A stretch of DNA of 24,000 nucleotides. Origin: Shewanella phage Thanatos-2. The first letter of the stretch is position 1; each line of letters starts with the position of its first letter. Positions 17,103-24,000 of the stretch are shown here, piece after piece. The stretch lies in sequence record MT457553.1; one strand, given 5' to 3'. The position numbers and the translations under genes are program-made. Below the pieces are notes generated by a model that had not been told where the DNA came from, did not search any database, and was given only the letters and a program-made list of their open reading frames with translations.

Positions 17103-17561
17103 GTGTTATTAGAACAAACCCGTGAAAATATTATTAATGTCCTATCTAAACTGCTGAATGATAAAAGTTTAGATAGTAATACTGTGGACCAATACCGTAT
17201 GTTTGTCTTCTTGTATTTACTAAAAGAAACAAAAGCTTCGTACAATTACCCGGTAAATAGTTGTTATTCGATTTGCCAAATCTGTCATAACAAGCTACAA
17301 GACATTCTAATTAAGAAATTTCAAATTGTTAGTAAAATCAGTGAATTATCGTCAATTATTGATTTACCACATCTATCTAAATTGATTTTTGGTAATTGGC
17401 CTAAATTTAGTGGAAACAGTCTTTACCCTATTAGCTTTGATAACGATATTACCCCAGAGAAAGAATTTTATAATTCTCATAATAAGTGGGTAGGTGGCTA
17501 CGGTAGTTTACGTAAAGAACTTTTAAATTGGTCTATTGAATACCTAGAAGGATTCCTATAA
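17103..17561 (+). CDS. Array family member 7 (GTG start)
   Basis: 'IFGNWPKFSGNSLYPISFD...NKWVGGYGSLRKELLNWSIEYL'; GGAG SD upstream of GTG; stop overlaps next ATG. Confidence 0.8.
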   Translation: MLLEQTRENIINVLSKLLNDKSLDSNTVDQYRMFVFLYLLKETKASYNYPVNSCYSICQICHNKLQDILIKKFQIVSKISELSSIIDLPHLSKLIFGNWPKFSGNSLYPISFDNDITPEKEFYNSHNKWVGGYGSLRKELLNWSIEYLEGFL

Positions 17562-18094
17562 TGGATTTATCATACTTAAGCAGATTAGGTCTCAAGGCAT
17601 TTCCTTTAGCAAAGCAGCCTTTATCTAAACCTATTCAGACATTAGAGCAATTTACTTTAGATATTCTAAAAGAAATCCGTAAAGACCTTAAAGAGTTTAA
17701 GGTGATACCATATGGCGGAGGTATTTGCGTAGCAATAAACAGAATGATAGAGTTTAAAATCTCAGAGTATTTAAAAACCACTGAAGATAGTTGGATCACT
17801 ATTGACATGTATAGCAATTTCCACAATTCCGGTAAATTGGAGTTAGAAGACTGTGGTATGGAAACCAAGGTTATAGGTCTTATAGCTATTCGTGTAGCTG
17901 ATGTATTCAGAGCTAAAGCGGCCTTATGGCCTAAGCATAGCGGAAGTAAAAATTATCCAGTCCCTTCACCTACCCTAGGGTTGAGACACTCGGAAGCTTA
18001 TCTTACATTAGGTATATGGACCGGTGAATACGGTGAATTAAGAATTCAACTTCTAGATTTTGTTATAGAGAATCTAGAAAATGAATTACAATAA
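17561..18094 (+). CDS. Array family member 8
   Basis: 'YGGGICVAINRM...ALWPKHSGSKNYPVPSP...GIWTGEYGELRIQLLDFVIENL'. Confidence 0.9.
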   Translation: MDLSYLSRLGLKAFPLAKQPLSKPIQTLEQFTLDILKEIRKDLKEFKVIPYGGGICVAINRMIEFKISEYLKTTEDSWITIDMYSNFHNSGKLELEDCGMETKVIGLIAIRVADVFRAKAALWPKHSGSKNYPVPSPTLGLRHSEAYLTLGIWTGEYGELRIQLLDFVIENLENELQ

Positions 18095-18097
18095 CTG

Positions 18098-18126
18098 TTT
18101 ACAAAGGGACCTTTAGTTGATAAGAT
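18098..18126 (+). promoter_or_regulatory. Sigma70-like promoter overlapped by an inverted repeat
   Basis: TTTACA (18098-18103), 17-nt spacer, TAAGAT (18121-18126); ACAAAGGGA...TCCCTTTGT inverted repeat 18101-18134. Confidence 0.7.
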
Positions 18127-18155
18127 CCCTTTGTCATTTATTAATTGGAGAAGTA

Positions 18156-18725
18156 ATGATGGTATCATTTAAGAACAATCATTTAAAGAAAAAAGCCTTT
18201 ACTGAATTGAGAACTCTGTCTACTGTGATTAAGCCGGAAATGTTTTATGGTGATGTATGTTTTGGTGATTTTAAGTTTTCTGATGGAAACGAACCTTTAT
18301 ATCCTGAAACAGAAACACAAATCTATAAGTGTGCTTTAGCTGTTCTGGAATATATAGAATGTTTGGCAAAAATTACGGTATTCCAAGAAGGGATTTGTGG
18401 TACTATATTCGAGGTACTACGTAAAGATATTTTATGGATAGATGACTCTTGCCCCTGTTTAATTCCAGGACATTATGATGCTGGTACTATAGCAGAAGCA
18501 ATCTCTGAAATTATAGTCGATTCTTGTAAAGGTATTTGGGTAGATTGGGAGCATTTTTCAGGGTCAAGTTCTTACCCAATCCAATCTCCTTTAGCTGATG
18601 CCTCACCTATGCAATATTTTCATTTTACTTCAGCAGAAGGCGGCCTCAAATGGAAAGGCGAATATGGTAAACAAAGAAAAGAACTTCTTTCGTTTCTAAT
18701 CAAATCACTTAAAGAAAAGGTCTAA
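18156..18725 (+). CDS. Array family member 9
   Basis: 'FQEGICGTIFEVL...DWEHFSGSSSYPIQSP...LKWKGEYGKQRKELLSFLIKSL'. ATG 18156 preferred over tracked TTG 18117 (inside the promoter). Confidence 0.85.
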   Translation: MMVSFKNNHLKKKAFTELRTLSTVIKPEMFYGDVCFGDFKFSDGNEPLYPETETQIYKCALAVLEYIECLAKITVFQEGICGTIFEVLRKDILWIDDSCPCLIPGHYDAGTIAEAISEIIVDSCKGIWVDWEHFSGSSSYPIQSPLADASPMQYFHFTSAEGGLKWKGEYGKQRKELLSFLIKSLKEKV

Positions 18726-18726
18726 A

Positions 18727-19368
18727 ATGAATTTACTAAGAAAATGCCTAAAGGCTAAAAAGAATATCCTTAAAACTTTAGAACATGAAACAATTTGTAA
18801 TGGGATATGCGCTGAAATAAACCCCAGTGGCAAAGAAGCAGATATTCTTAGGAATATATTCAAACTGTGGCCCAGATTTTCAGGCCATATACTATATCCT
18901 ATTAATATTACTAAGATGAGACCGGTAGAAGAATATAGCGAATGCAATAAGTGGGCAGGGCCTCAAAAAGAAATGAGATTAGAGCTTTTAGATTTTATTA
19001 TTGCTTACTTAAAAGGATTAAGTTGGTTTAATCGTAATTTCAAAATCAATCCAGAGAATGTACACTTATTAAAAACTAGCCCAGGCTTTGATGTTCTGAC
19101 AATGTTAATTGAGCTAGACAAATTAAAAGAAAAGCCTACAGATAAATCCATAGCGGGATGGGTCTTCTTTAAAGCAGGACGTCCTAGTCATGCTGTCGAA
19201 TGTATAGATTTCATTAAGGCAGTATTTAACAAATACTACAATGGAGCAGTGATAGATTTTATCGATGATGACCATGGAAGGACCATTTGGAAAGGGGATT
19301 TAGGTAAAACCAATCACAAGATACTTAAAGAATTCATTAAAAATGTGAGAAAAGAACTCACAAAATAG
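18727..19368 (+). CDS. Array family member 10 with extra C-terminal domain
   Basis: 'ICNGICAEI...KLWPRFSGHILYPINIT...NKWAGPQKEMRLELLDFIIAYL' followed by ~100 aa ending 'IWKGDLGKTNHKILKEFIKNVRKELTK'. Confidence 0.85.
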   Translation: MNLLRKCLKAKKNILKTLEHETICNGICAEINPSGKEADILRNIFKLWPRFSGHILYPINITKMRPVEEYSECNKWAGPQKEMRLELLDFIIAYLKGLSWFNRNFKINPENVHLLKTSPGFDVLTMLIELDKLKEKPTDKSIAGWVFFKAGRPSHAVECIDFIKAVFNKYYNGAVIDFIDDDHGRTIWKGDLGKTNHKILKEFIKNVRKELTK

Positions 19369-19369
19369 G

Positions 19370-19398
19370 TTTACATTCCTAGTTGTTATTGATACTAT
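19370..19398 (+). promoter_or_regulatory. Sigma70-like promoter
   Basis: TTTACA (19370-19375), 17-nt spacer, TACTAT (19393-19398). Confidence 0.65.
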
Positions 19399-19455
19399 AC
19401 AAAAGTCAATACAACACAACAGGAATTTAACCGTGACGTATTGTCAGGAAAATTT

Positions 19456-19542
19456 ATGCCATGGCGTGGTTATTACGGCCGTAAGAATATCCAGGCGCTT
19501 AAACAAGTTATTGAATATGTTTTAGAAGATTTGTCAAAATAG
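19456..19542 (+). CDS. Orphan 28-aa ORF resembling only the C-terminal block of the array family
   Basis: MPWRGYYGRKNIQALKQVIEYVLEDLSK; compare W-x-GEYG-x-LR-x-ELL-x-F-x-I-x-x-L; AGGAAAATTT precedes ATG. Absent from the supplied ORF track because of its size. Confidence 0.4.
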   Translation: MPWRGYYGRKNIQALKQVIEYVLEDLSK

Positions 19543-19552
19543 GGAAAATAAT

Positions 19553-20071
19553 ATGCAATTACTTACTGTAGATCAAGCAAAAACACGTATACTAGATAGC
19601 TTATCACTCATTGATGAAGGTTTACCTATTTATCGAATGAGCGACACCCTGGTGGATTCCTTTAGAGGTTCAACTGAAATAGTCAACCTATTTTATCATG
19701 CTCTTTTGCACATAAAAGGAATGAACCCTTCTAAACGTAAAAATATTTGCTTTGACTTATTCAAATTCAGTAATAGCGTATTCAAAGGACAAATACGAGC
19801 AAATAGCGTCAATAACAAAGTCTGTAAAGATGTTTTGTCAATGCTTATCAAAGATGCATTTATAGATTCAGCTAAATATTGGCCTAAGTATAGTGGCTCG
19901 GAAGGTTATCCAGTCCCGTATGCATTCCCGCCTAAGCCTGGGGACCTAAGCCCATATGGAGCATTCTGGGAAACCCATTCAGACTTCTTATGGGAAGGCA
20001 ATTATGGTGCATTACGCCAAGAGCTTTTAGAGTTTTGTATAAAATTTTGTGAAGAGCAATTGAAAAAATAG
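19553..20071 (+). CDS. Array family member 11
   Basis: 'KRKNICFDLFKF...YWPKYSGSEGYPVPYA...FLWEGNYGALRQELLEFCIKF'. Confidence 0.9.
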   Translation: MQLLTVDQAKTRILDSLSLIDEGLPIYRMSDTLVDSFRGSTEIVNLFYHALLHIKGMNPSKRKNICFDLFKFSNSVFKGQIRANSVNNKVCKDVLSMLIKDAFIDSAKYWPKYSGSEGYPVPYAFPPKPGDLSPYGAFWETHSDFLWEGNYGALRQELLEFCIKFCEEQLKK

Positions 20072-20073
20072 TA

Positions 20074-20101
20074 TTTACAATGAGGCCTATTATGATAAGA
20101 T
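20074..20101 (+). promoter_or_regulatory. Sigma70-like promoter overlapped by an inverted repeat
   Basis: TTTACA (20074-20079), 16-nt spacer, TAAGAT (20096-20101); AGGCCTAT...ATAGGCCT inverted repeat 20083-20107. Confidence 0.7.
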
Positions 20102-20133
20102 AGGCCTTGTAAATTAAATCTTAGGAGTATAAA

Positions 20134-20649
20134 ATGCAATTACTTAGTTTAGCACAAACAAAAGAAAACCTACTAGCTCTTTTACGAGGTGTAAATTTTA
20201 CATCGGCTGAAATGGGTATTTATCTAAGCAATAACTTAAAAGATTCAGCTGAAAAAAATAGCTTGTTGTACCATGCTCTTGCACATATTACAAACATACC
20301 TACAGAATGTCGAACCAACATTTGCTCAGAAATATCAAAATTTTTAGGTGTGGGTTTAGATAACTTAAATTTAAATAATGACCCTACTACTGATTCTGTA
20401 ATAAAATTTAATATCTGTGATTTGATAAAATCAGAATTTTCCGATAATGCATCCCATTGGCCTAAGTTTAGTGGTGAAATATCTTATCCTGTTCCTCACA
20501 GATTTCCTATTAATGACGATAATATGTCACCTTACTGTGTATTCTGGGAAAATCACTTATACAATACTTTATGGGAAGGTGAATATGGTGCATTACGTGA
20601 AGAACTGCTCCAATTTTCATTAGATTATGTTAGTAAGAAATTTGATTGA
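20134..20649 (+). CDS. Array family member 12
   Basis: 'RTNICSEISKF...HWPKFSGEISYPVPHR...TLWEGEYGALREELLQFSLDYVSKKFD'. Confidence 0.9.
   Translation: MQLLSLAQTKENLLALLRGVNFTSAEMGIYLSNNLKDSAEKNSLLYHALAHITNIPTECRTNICSEISKFLGVGLDNLNLNNDPTTDSVIKFNICDLIKSEFSDNASHWPKFSGEISYPVPHRFPINDDNMSPYCVFWENHLYNTLWEGEYGALREELLQFSLDYVSKKFD
20569..20647 (+). repeat. 79-bp perfect direct repeat, copy 1 (identical to 21110-21188)
   Basis: TTATGGGAAGGTGAATATGGTGCATTACGTGAAGAACTGCTCC...AAGAAATTTGATT read identical base by base in both copies. Confidence 0.95.
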
Positions 20650-20659
20650 GGGTATTAAA

Positions 20660-21190
20660 ATGAAATTGATTACCATTGCACAGATAAAACAAGAAGTAGA
20701 AGAAATTTGTTATAAGTATCGTAATATAAACTATTCTACGTTCTCACATGGGGATTATTCGGAACTATACAAAATAAGAGCAGAAATAAGCAAAAATGAA
20801 CAACTTTATTACAGCTTAATGCATTATTCTTTAAGTGACTTGAATTCTATTGATGTTAAAAATCGCCGTAATATTTGTGGCCATATCAATAATTTTATCT
20901 CTAGAGTCTTTGCATGGTCTACAGTATGTATTGATGTCACAGATATTATAGGTGGCTTATACTTAGACTTGTTTAAGGATATATCAAGTAAGTGGGAATA
21001 TTATTCTAAAAATCATAATTATCCTGTACCACCTAACAAATCTTATACATCTTCAGAAAAAGACATTTCTCCAAGAAAAATGTTCTGGGATAAGCATAAT
21101 GCTAACAGGTTATGGGAAGGTGAATATGGTGCATTACGTGAAGAACTGCTCCAATTTTCATTAGATTATGTTAGTAAGAAATTTGATTAG
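20660..21190 (+). CDS. Array family member 13
   Basis: 'NRRNICGHINNF...KWEYYSKNHNYPVPPN...RLWEGEYGALREELLQFSLDYVSKKFD'; ATG 20660 preferred over tracked start 20627. Confidence 0.9.
   Translation: MKLITIAQIKQEVEEICYKYRNINYSTFSHGDYSELYKIRAEISKNEQLYYSLMHYSLSDLNSIDVKNRRNICGHINNFISRVFAWSTVCIDVTDIIGGLYLDLFKDISSKWEYYSKNHNYPVPPNKSYTSSEKDISPRKMFWDKHNANRLWEGEYGALREELLQFSLDYVSKKFD
21110..21188 (+). repeat. 79-bp perfect direct repeat, copy 2 (identical to 20569-20647)
   Basis: See copy 1; flanking bases differ immediately on both sides (T/G upstream, G/A downstream). Confidence 0.95.
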
Positions 21191-21199
21191 GAGTTTAAG

Positions 21200-21736
21200 A
21201 TGGTAGAATTGAAAGAAATTTTAGCAGAAGAGCAATACAAAGAATTTATAAAACTGTGTATTGCCCGAGCGCAGAAATTCAATAATGAATCTGATTGGAA
21301 GACTCGGGATATTCGTGCTGATGCCCAAAACTTTTTTAGAGAAAATCAAGATATGTACCAAAATGTTTTGAAATGTGCCTTAATTGAATTGGATGAAGCA
21401 GAATTAAAATCCGCTGAAGATGGCATTTGCCAATGTGTATCTATGATACTTTTTAGCAAATACTATTCTATCAAGGAATGCTTAGATACTTCAGGAACCT
21501 ATATTGAGCCCCATGGGTTAAGTGCATACATTGTGTCTGTTATGTTAACCCAGATTAATACTTTGGTATATAAATGGTCTGCATATTCAGGCAATAATCT
21601 GTTCCCTGTTCCACTGTATTTACATGACCCTATGGAAGCCTATGAAAAGGCTAAAAAGTTAGGTACTATGTGGGTAGGTGAATACGGTGACAATCGTAAA
21701 GCTTTATTAAAGTTTCTTATTGCCCAATTAAATTAA
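21200..21736 (+). CDS. Array family member 14
   Basis: 'EDGICQCVSMI...YKWSAYSGNNLFPVPLY...TMWVGEYGDNRKALLKFLIAQL'. Confidence 0.88.
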   Translation: MVELKEILAEEQYKEFIKLCIARAQKFNNESDWKTRDIRADAQNFFRENQDMYQNVLKCALIELDEAELKSAEDGICQCVSMILFSKYYSIKECLDTSGTYIEPHGLSAYIVSVMLTQINTLVYKWSAYSGNNLFPVPLYLHDPMEAYEKAKKLGTMWVGEYGDNRKALLKFLIAQLN

Positions 21737-21752
21737 ACAAACAGAGGTTTAA

Positions 21753-22160
21753 ATGATTGCATTAGATTCTTATATTGATTCAGAGCAATACAGTGAAGCC
21801 CTGTTGGTAATTCTTAAAGACCTTAAAGAATCTATAGACCTTGCCCACTCATTTGACAGAGAATACTACGGTAATTCTATATGCACCAAAGTTAGTTTAT
21901 CTTTAAAGCCTGATAATTACCATATTTTTAAAATTTTTAAAAATATTATGAGCACTTTATTTAAGTCTTGGCCTAAATTTAGCGGCAATATTAATTATCC
22001 TGTACCGTCACAACATAGCTACTTTTCACATAGAAAAGAATATATGATAGCAGCAGACTATAATCTTCATTGGCTAGGTGAATACGGTAAAGCCAGGTAT
22101 GAATTACTGGAACATATGGTAAAAACTCTAGAAACTAAATTAGGAAAAATCAATGAATAA
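21753..22160 (+). CDS. Array family member 15 (short form)
   Basis: 'NSICTKVSLSL...SWPKFSGNINYPVPSQ...HWLGEYGKARYELLEHMVKTLE'. Confidence 0.88.
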   Translation: MIALDSYIDSEQYSEALLVILKDLKESIDLAHSFDREYYGNSICTKVSLSLKPDNYHIFKIFKNIMSTLFKSWPKFSGNINYPVPSQHSYFSHRKEYMIAADYNLHWLGEYGKARYELLEHMVKTLETKLGKINE

Positions 22161-22812
22161 CTTATTTTTAACCCACAAAATTTTAAAGATCAATAAAGAA
22201 TTAGCTAATATCACAGATACTATCAATCACATGATTAATACCCCTGAGATATTTGGCTACCAGGATATTTCTGACTTTTTTTATGAGCTTGATGTTCTTA
22301 ACAGACAAGCGGCATTTATACCTTTTGAATCATGCTATAAACCTATAGACACTTTACATGAGAAAAACCTTAAAGTATGTGAAGTTTTAGATAATTTGCT
22401 ATATTATGGTCTTGTAGATTTCAATACATTACTTACTAGTAGACCAAATGAATTAAGAGGAAGCCATGGTATTTGCTATCATACTGTAATGCTTAGTATT
22501 ATCAATCCTATGGAAGTAGCATTCTCTAAGGCTAAAAAAGAACGGTCTTTTAGTGTTTTAAGGTCTGCATTATATGCTAGATTAGAAGGTCTTTTCAGTG
22601 TCTGTAGTGGATTCTCCGGGAATTTTATGTATCCTGTAAAACCGGGTGATGATTTCATTTCGGAAAAATATAGCTGGGATATGTTTGATTATGATTCTGA
22701 AGAAGAAGAAGCATATGAGCGTATTGAAGATGTTTGGGAAGGCGGGTATGGTCTCAATCGCCGTACCATGCTAGAAGAATTAATTGCAATTATGTCCGAA
22801 TATAGGGATTAA
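22153..22812 (+). CDS. Array family member 16
   Basis: 'GSHGICYHTVM...CSGFSGNFMYPVKPG...DVWEGGYGLNRRTMLEELIAIM'; start overlaps previous stop. Confidence 0.88.
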   Translation: MNNLFLTHKILKINKELANITDTINHMINTPEIFGYQDISDFFYELDVLNRQAAFIPFESCYKPIDTLHEKNLKVCEVLDNLLYYGLVDFNTLLTSRPNELRGSHGICYHTVMLSIINPMEVAFSKAKKERSFSVLRSALYARLEGLFSVCSGFSGNFMYPVKPGDDFISEKYSWDMFDYDSEEEEAYERIEDVWEGGYGLNRRTMLEELIAIMSEYRD

Positions 22813-22814
22813 AA

Positions 22815-23390
22815 ATGAATTATAAAGTAAGATTGGAAAATGGTTTTTTAGTAGAAGACATCATCAATACAAAGTCATTAGAAGAATTTAATGATTCGAT
22901 TACTAAAAAATATATTGGATGCCCGGATACAATCCTAGGTGAACTAAAGACAATCTATTCTAAGGTTCATGCTGTTAAGCAACAAGTTATCAAAGATTCA
23001 TTGGAAACAATAAAGAAATGGGCAGAAGAAGATAATGATTCTCTTGATACTAGCATGGGCATATGTGGGAATGTAATTCAATTACTTGTTGAAAATTTCA
23101 CAAACAAAGTGGACAGGTCATTGTGTATTGGTCTTAATATGCCAACTATTCTATACTATGAAGAATTTATATATGATCTTAGTAATGAAATTTTAGGTGC
23201 TATTATAATGCCATTATTTGAACAATGGCCGAAGTTCAGTGGAGACCGATCGTTCCCTGTACCAGACCCAGACGATAAACTTGGCCACTCCAATGTGTAT
23301 CATATGGGAAGTGACGATTACATTCTATGGACAGGTGAGTACGGGAATCTTCGTAAGGAGCTTTTAGATTTTTTAATTAGTAATTTTTAG
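22815..23390 (+). CDS. Array family member 17
   Basis: 'TSMGICGNVIQLL...QWPKFSGDRSFPVPDP...ILWTGEYGNLRKELLDFLISNF'. Confidence 0.9.
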   Translation: MNYKVRLENGFLVEDIINTKSLEEFNDSITKKYIGCPDTILGELKTIYSKVHAVKQQVIKDSLETIKKWAEEDNDSLDTSMGICGNVIQLLVENFTNKVDRSLCIGLNMPTILYYEEFIYDLSNEILGAIIMPLFEQWPKFSGDRSFPVPDPDDKLGHSNVYHMGSDDYILWTGEYGNLRKELLDFLISNF

Positions 23391-23391
23391 G

Positions 23392-23420
23392 TTTACAAAG
23401 GCATCATATTTTGATATGAT
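23392..23420 (+). promoter_or_regulatory. Sigma70-like promoter overlapped by a 14-bp perfect inverted repeat
   Basis: TTTACA (23392-23397), 17-nt spacer, TATGAT (23415-23420); CAAAGGCATCATAT-TTTG-ATATGATGCCTTTG at 23396-23427. Confidence 0.7.
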
Positions 23421-23449
23421 GCCTTTGTCGTTATTACCTGGAGCTTAAA

Positions 23450-24000
23450 ATGCCTTATAATATATCAACATCAGTACAACATAAACGCCGCATTAGTTTA
23501 GATATCGTCAATAGTGAATCCTCTGAAGCATTTGATTTGCTTCTTTGTGGAAAATACAAAGAAGAACCTGAAGAGTTTTTAGATTTCCTAAAGACAGTAT
23601 ATAACAGAATCCAAGCTATTAAGCATATTGCAATTAAAAGCTCATTAGAAACAATCAAAGAGTGGTCTGAAGATAATAATTCCCATGATTTATTATATTC
23701 AGGCATCTGTGAAAATTTCGGTAATTTAATTGGAATAAAATTTAATACGGCGCTTGAAGATTTAGAACAAGATTTTAAAAAATTTGATAACCTACGTCTA
23801 ATGCCATCCTTACATCTATTCGTTTACGATTTATCAGCGGATATTTTAGATGAGTATATAGTCCCTTTGTTTGAAAAATGGTCTAAATTCAGCGGAGATA
23901 TATCTTATCCTGTACCATCACCAGACCAATCACTGGATGAATATGATATTTACTGGATAAGTAATAAAGATGGCAGGTTATGGATAGGTGAATACGGTGA
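23450..24000 (+). CDS. Array family member 18, 3'-truncated by the window edge
   Basis: ATG after CTGGAGCTTAAA; 'MPYNISTSVQHKRRISLDIV...LYSGICENFGNLI...LFEKWSKFSGDISYPVPSP...RLWIGEYGE' remains open to base 24000. Missing from the supplied + strand ORF track. Confidence 0.88.
   Translation, partial: MPYNISTSVQHKRRISLDIVNSESSEAFDLLLCGKYKEEPEEFLDFLKTVYNRIQAIKHIAIKSSLETIKEWSEDNNSHDLLYSGICENFGNLIGIKFNTALEDLEQDFKKFDNLRLMPSLHLFVYDLSADILDEYIVPLFEKWSKFSGDISYPVPSPDQSLDEYDIYWISNKDGRLWIGEYG

Noticed and set aside
12272-20660. Tracked TTG/other upstream starts for members 1, 2, 6, 9 and 13 (12272, 12928, 16277, 18117, 20627)
   Set aside because: Most of these upstream starts overlap the SD (TTGGAG or nearby) or the promoter. 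The downstream ATGs have proper spacing and give N-termini consistent with the family.
12241-24000. CRISPR or retron/diversity-generating retroelement explanation for the repetitive region
   Set aside because: Repeats are protein-coding paralogues 400-650 bp apart with no short regular direct repeats with spacers. No reverse transcriptase or template/variable repeat pair was seen in this window.
1-24000. tRNA genes, transposases, integrases or toxin-antitoxin pairs
   Set aside because: No cloverleaf-like sequence or matching protein motifs were recognised by eye. A tRNAscan/HMM run would be needed to exclude them fully.

Overview
All credible genes in this 24 kb window are on the + strand, and the content looks like part of a large, AT-rich, T4-like bacteriophage genome. 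The left ~12 kb holds recognisable genes: 5'-polynucleotide kinase/3'-phosphatase, dCMP deaminase, a gp31/GroES-like cochaperonin, a basic Lys/Ala-rich protein, a HAD-like protein, ATP-dependent DNA ligase, a VWA-domain protein, an HD-domain protein, a D12-class DNA adenine methyltransferase, and an rIIA-like/rIIB-like pair. The right ~12 kb (12284 to past the window edge) is mostly a tandem array of about 18 divergent paralogues of one small-protein family, mostly 135-220 aa. Members share three short blocks: a mid-protein '(G)IC' block, a 'WPKFSGxxxYPVP' block, and a C-terminal 'W-x-GEYG-x-LR-x-ELL-x-F-x-I' block. Their N-termini are highly variable. The array also contains a NADAR-like gene, a Cys-rich small ORF and two unrelated small ORFs. 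It shows signs of active recombination and decay: a 79-bp perfect repeat, a member frameshifted next to its start codon, an orphan 28-aa C-terminal fragment, and a member with a C-terminal extension. Nine TTTACA/TAnnAT promoter-like elements punctuate the right two thirds of the window, and several have palindromes over the -10 region. No tRNA, CRISPR array or transposon was recognised. Family assignments were made by eye from motifs, with no database search.
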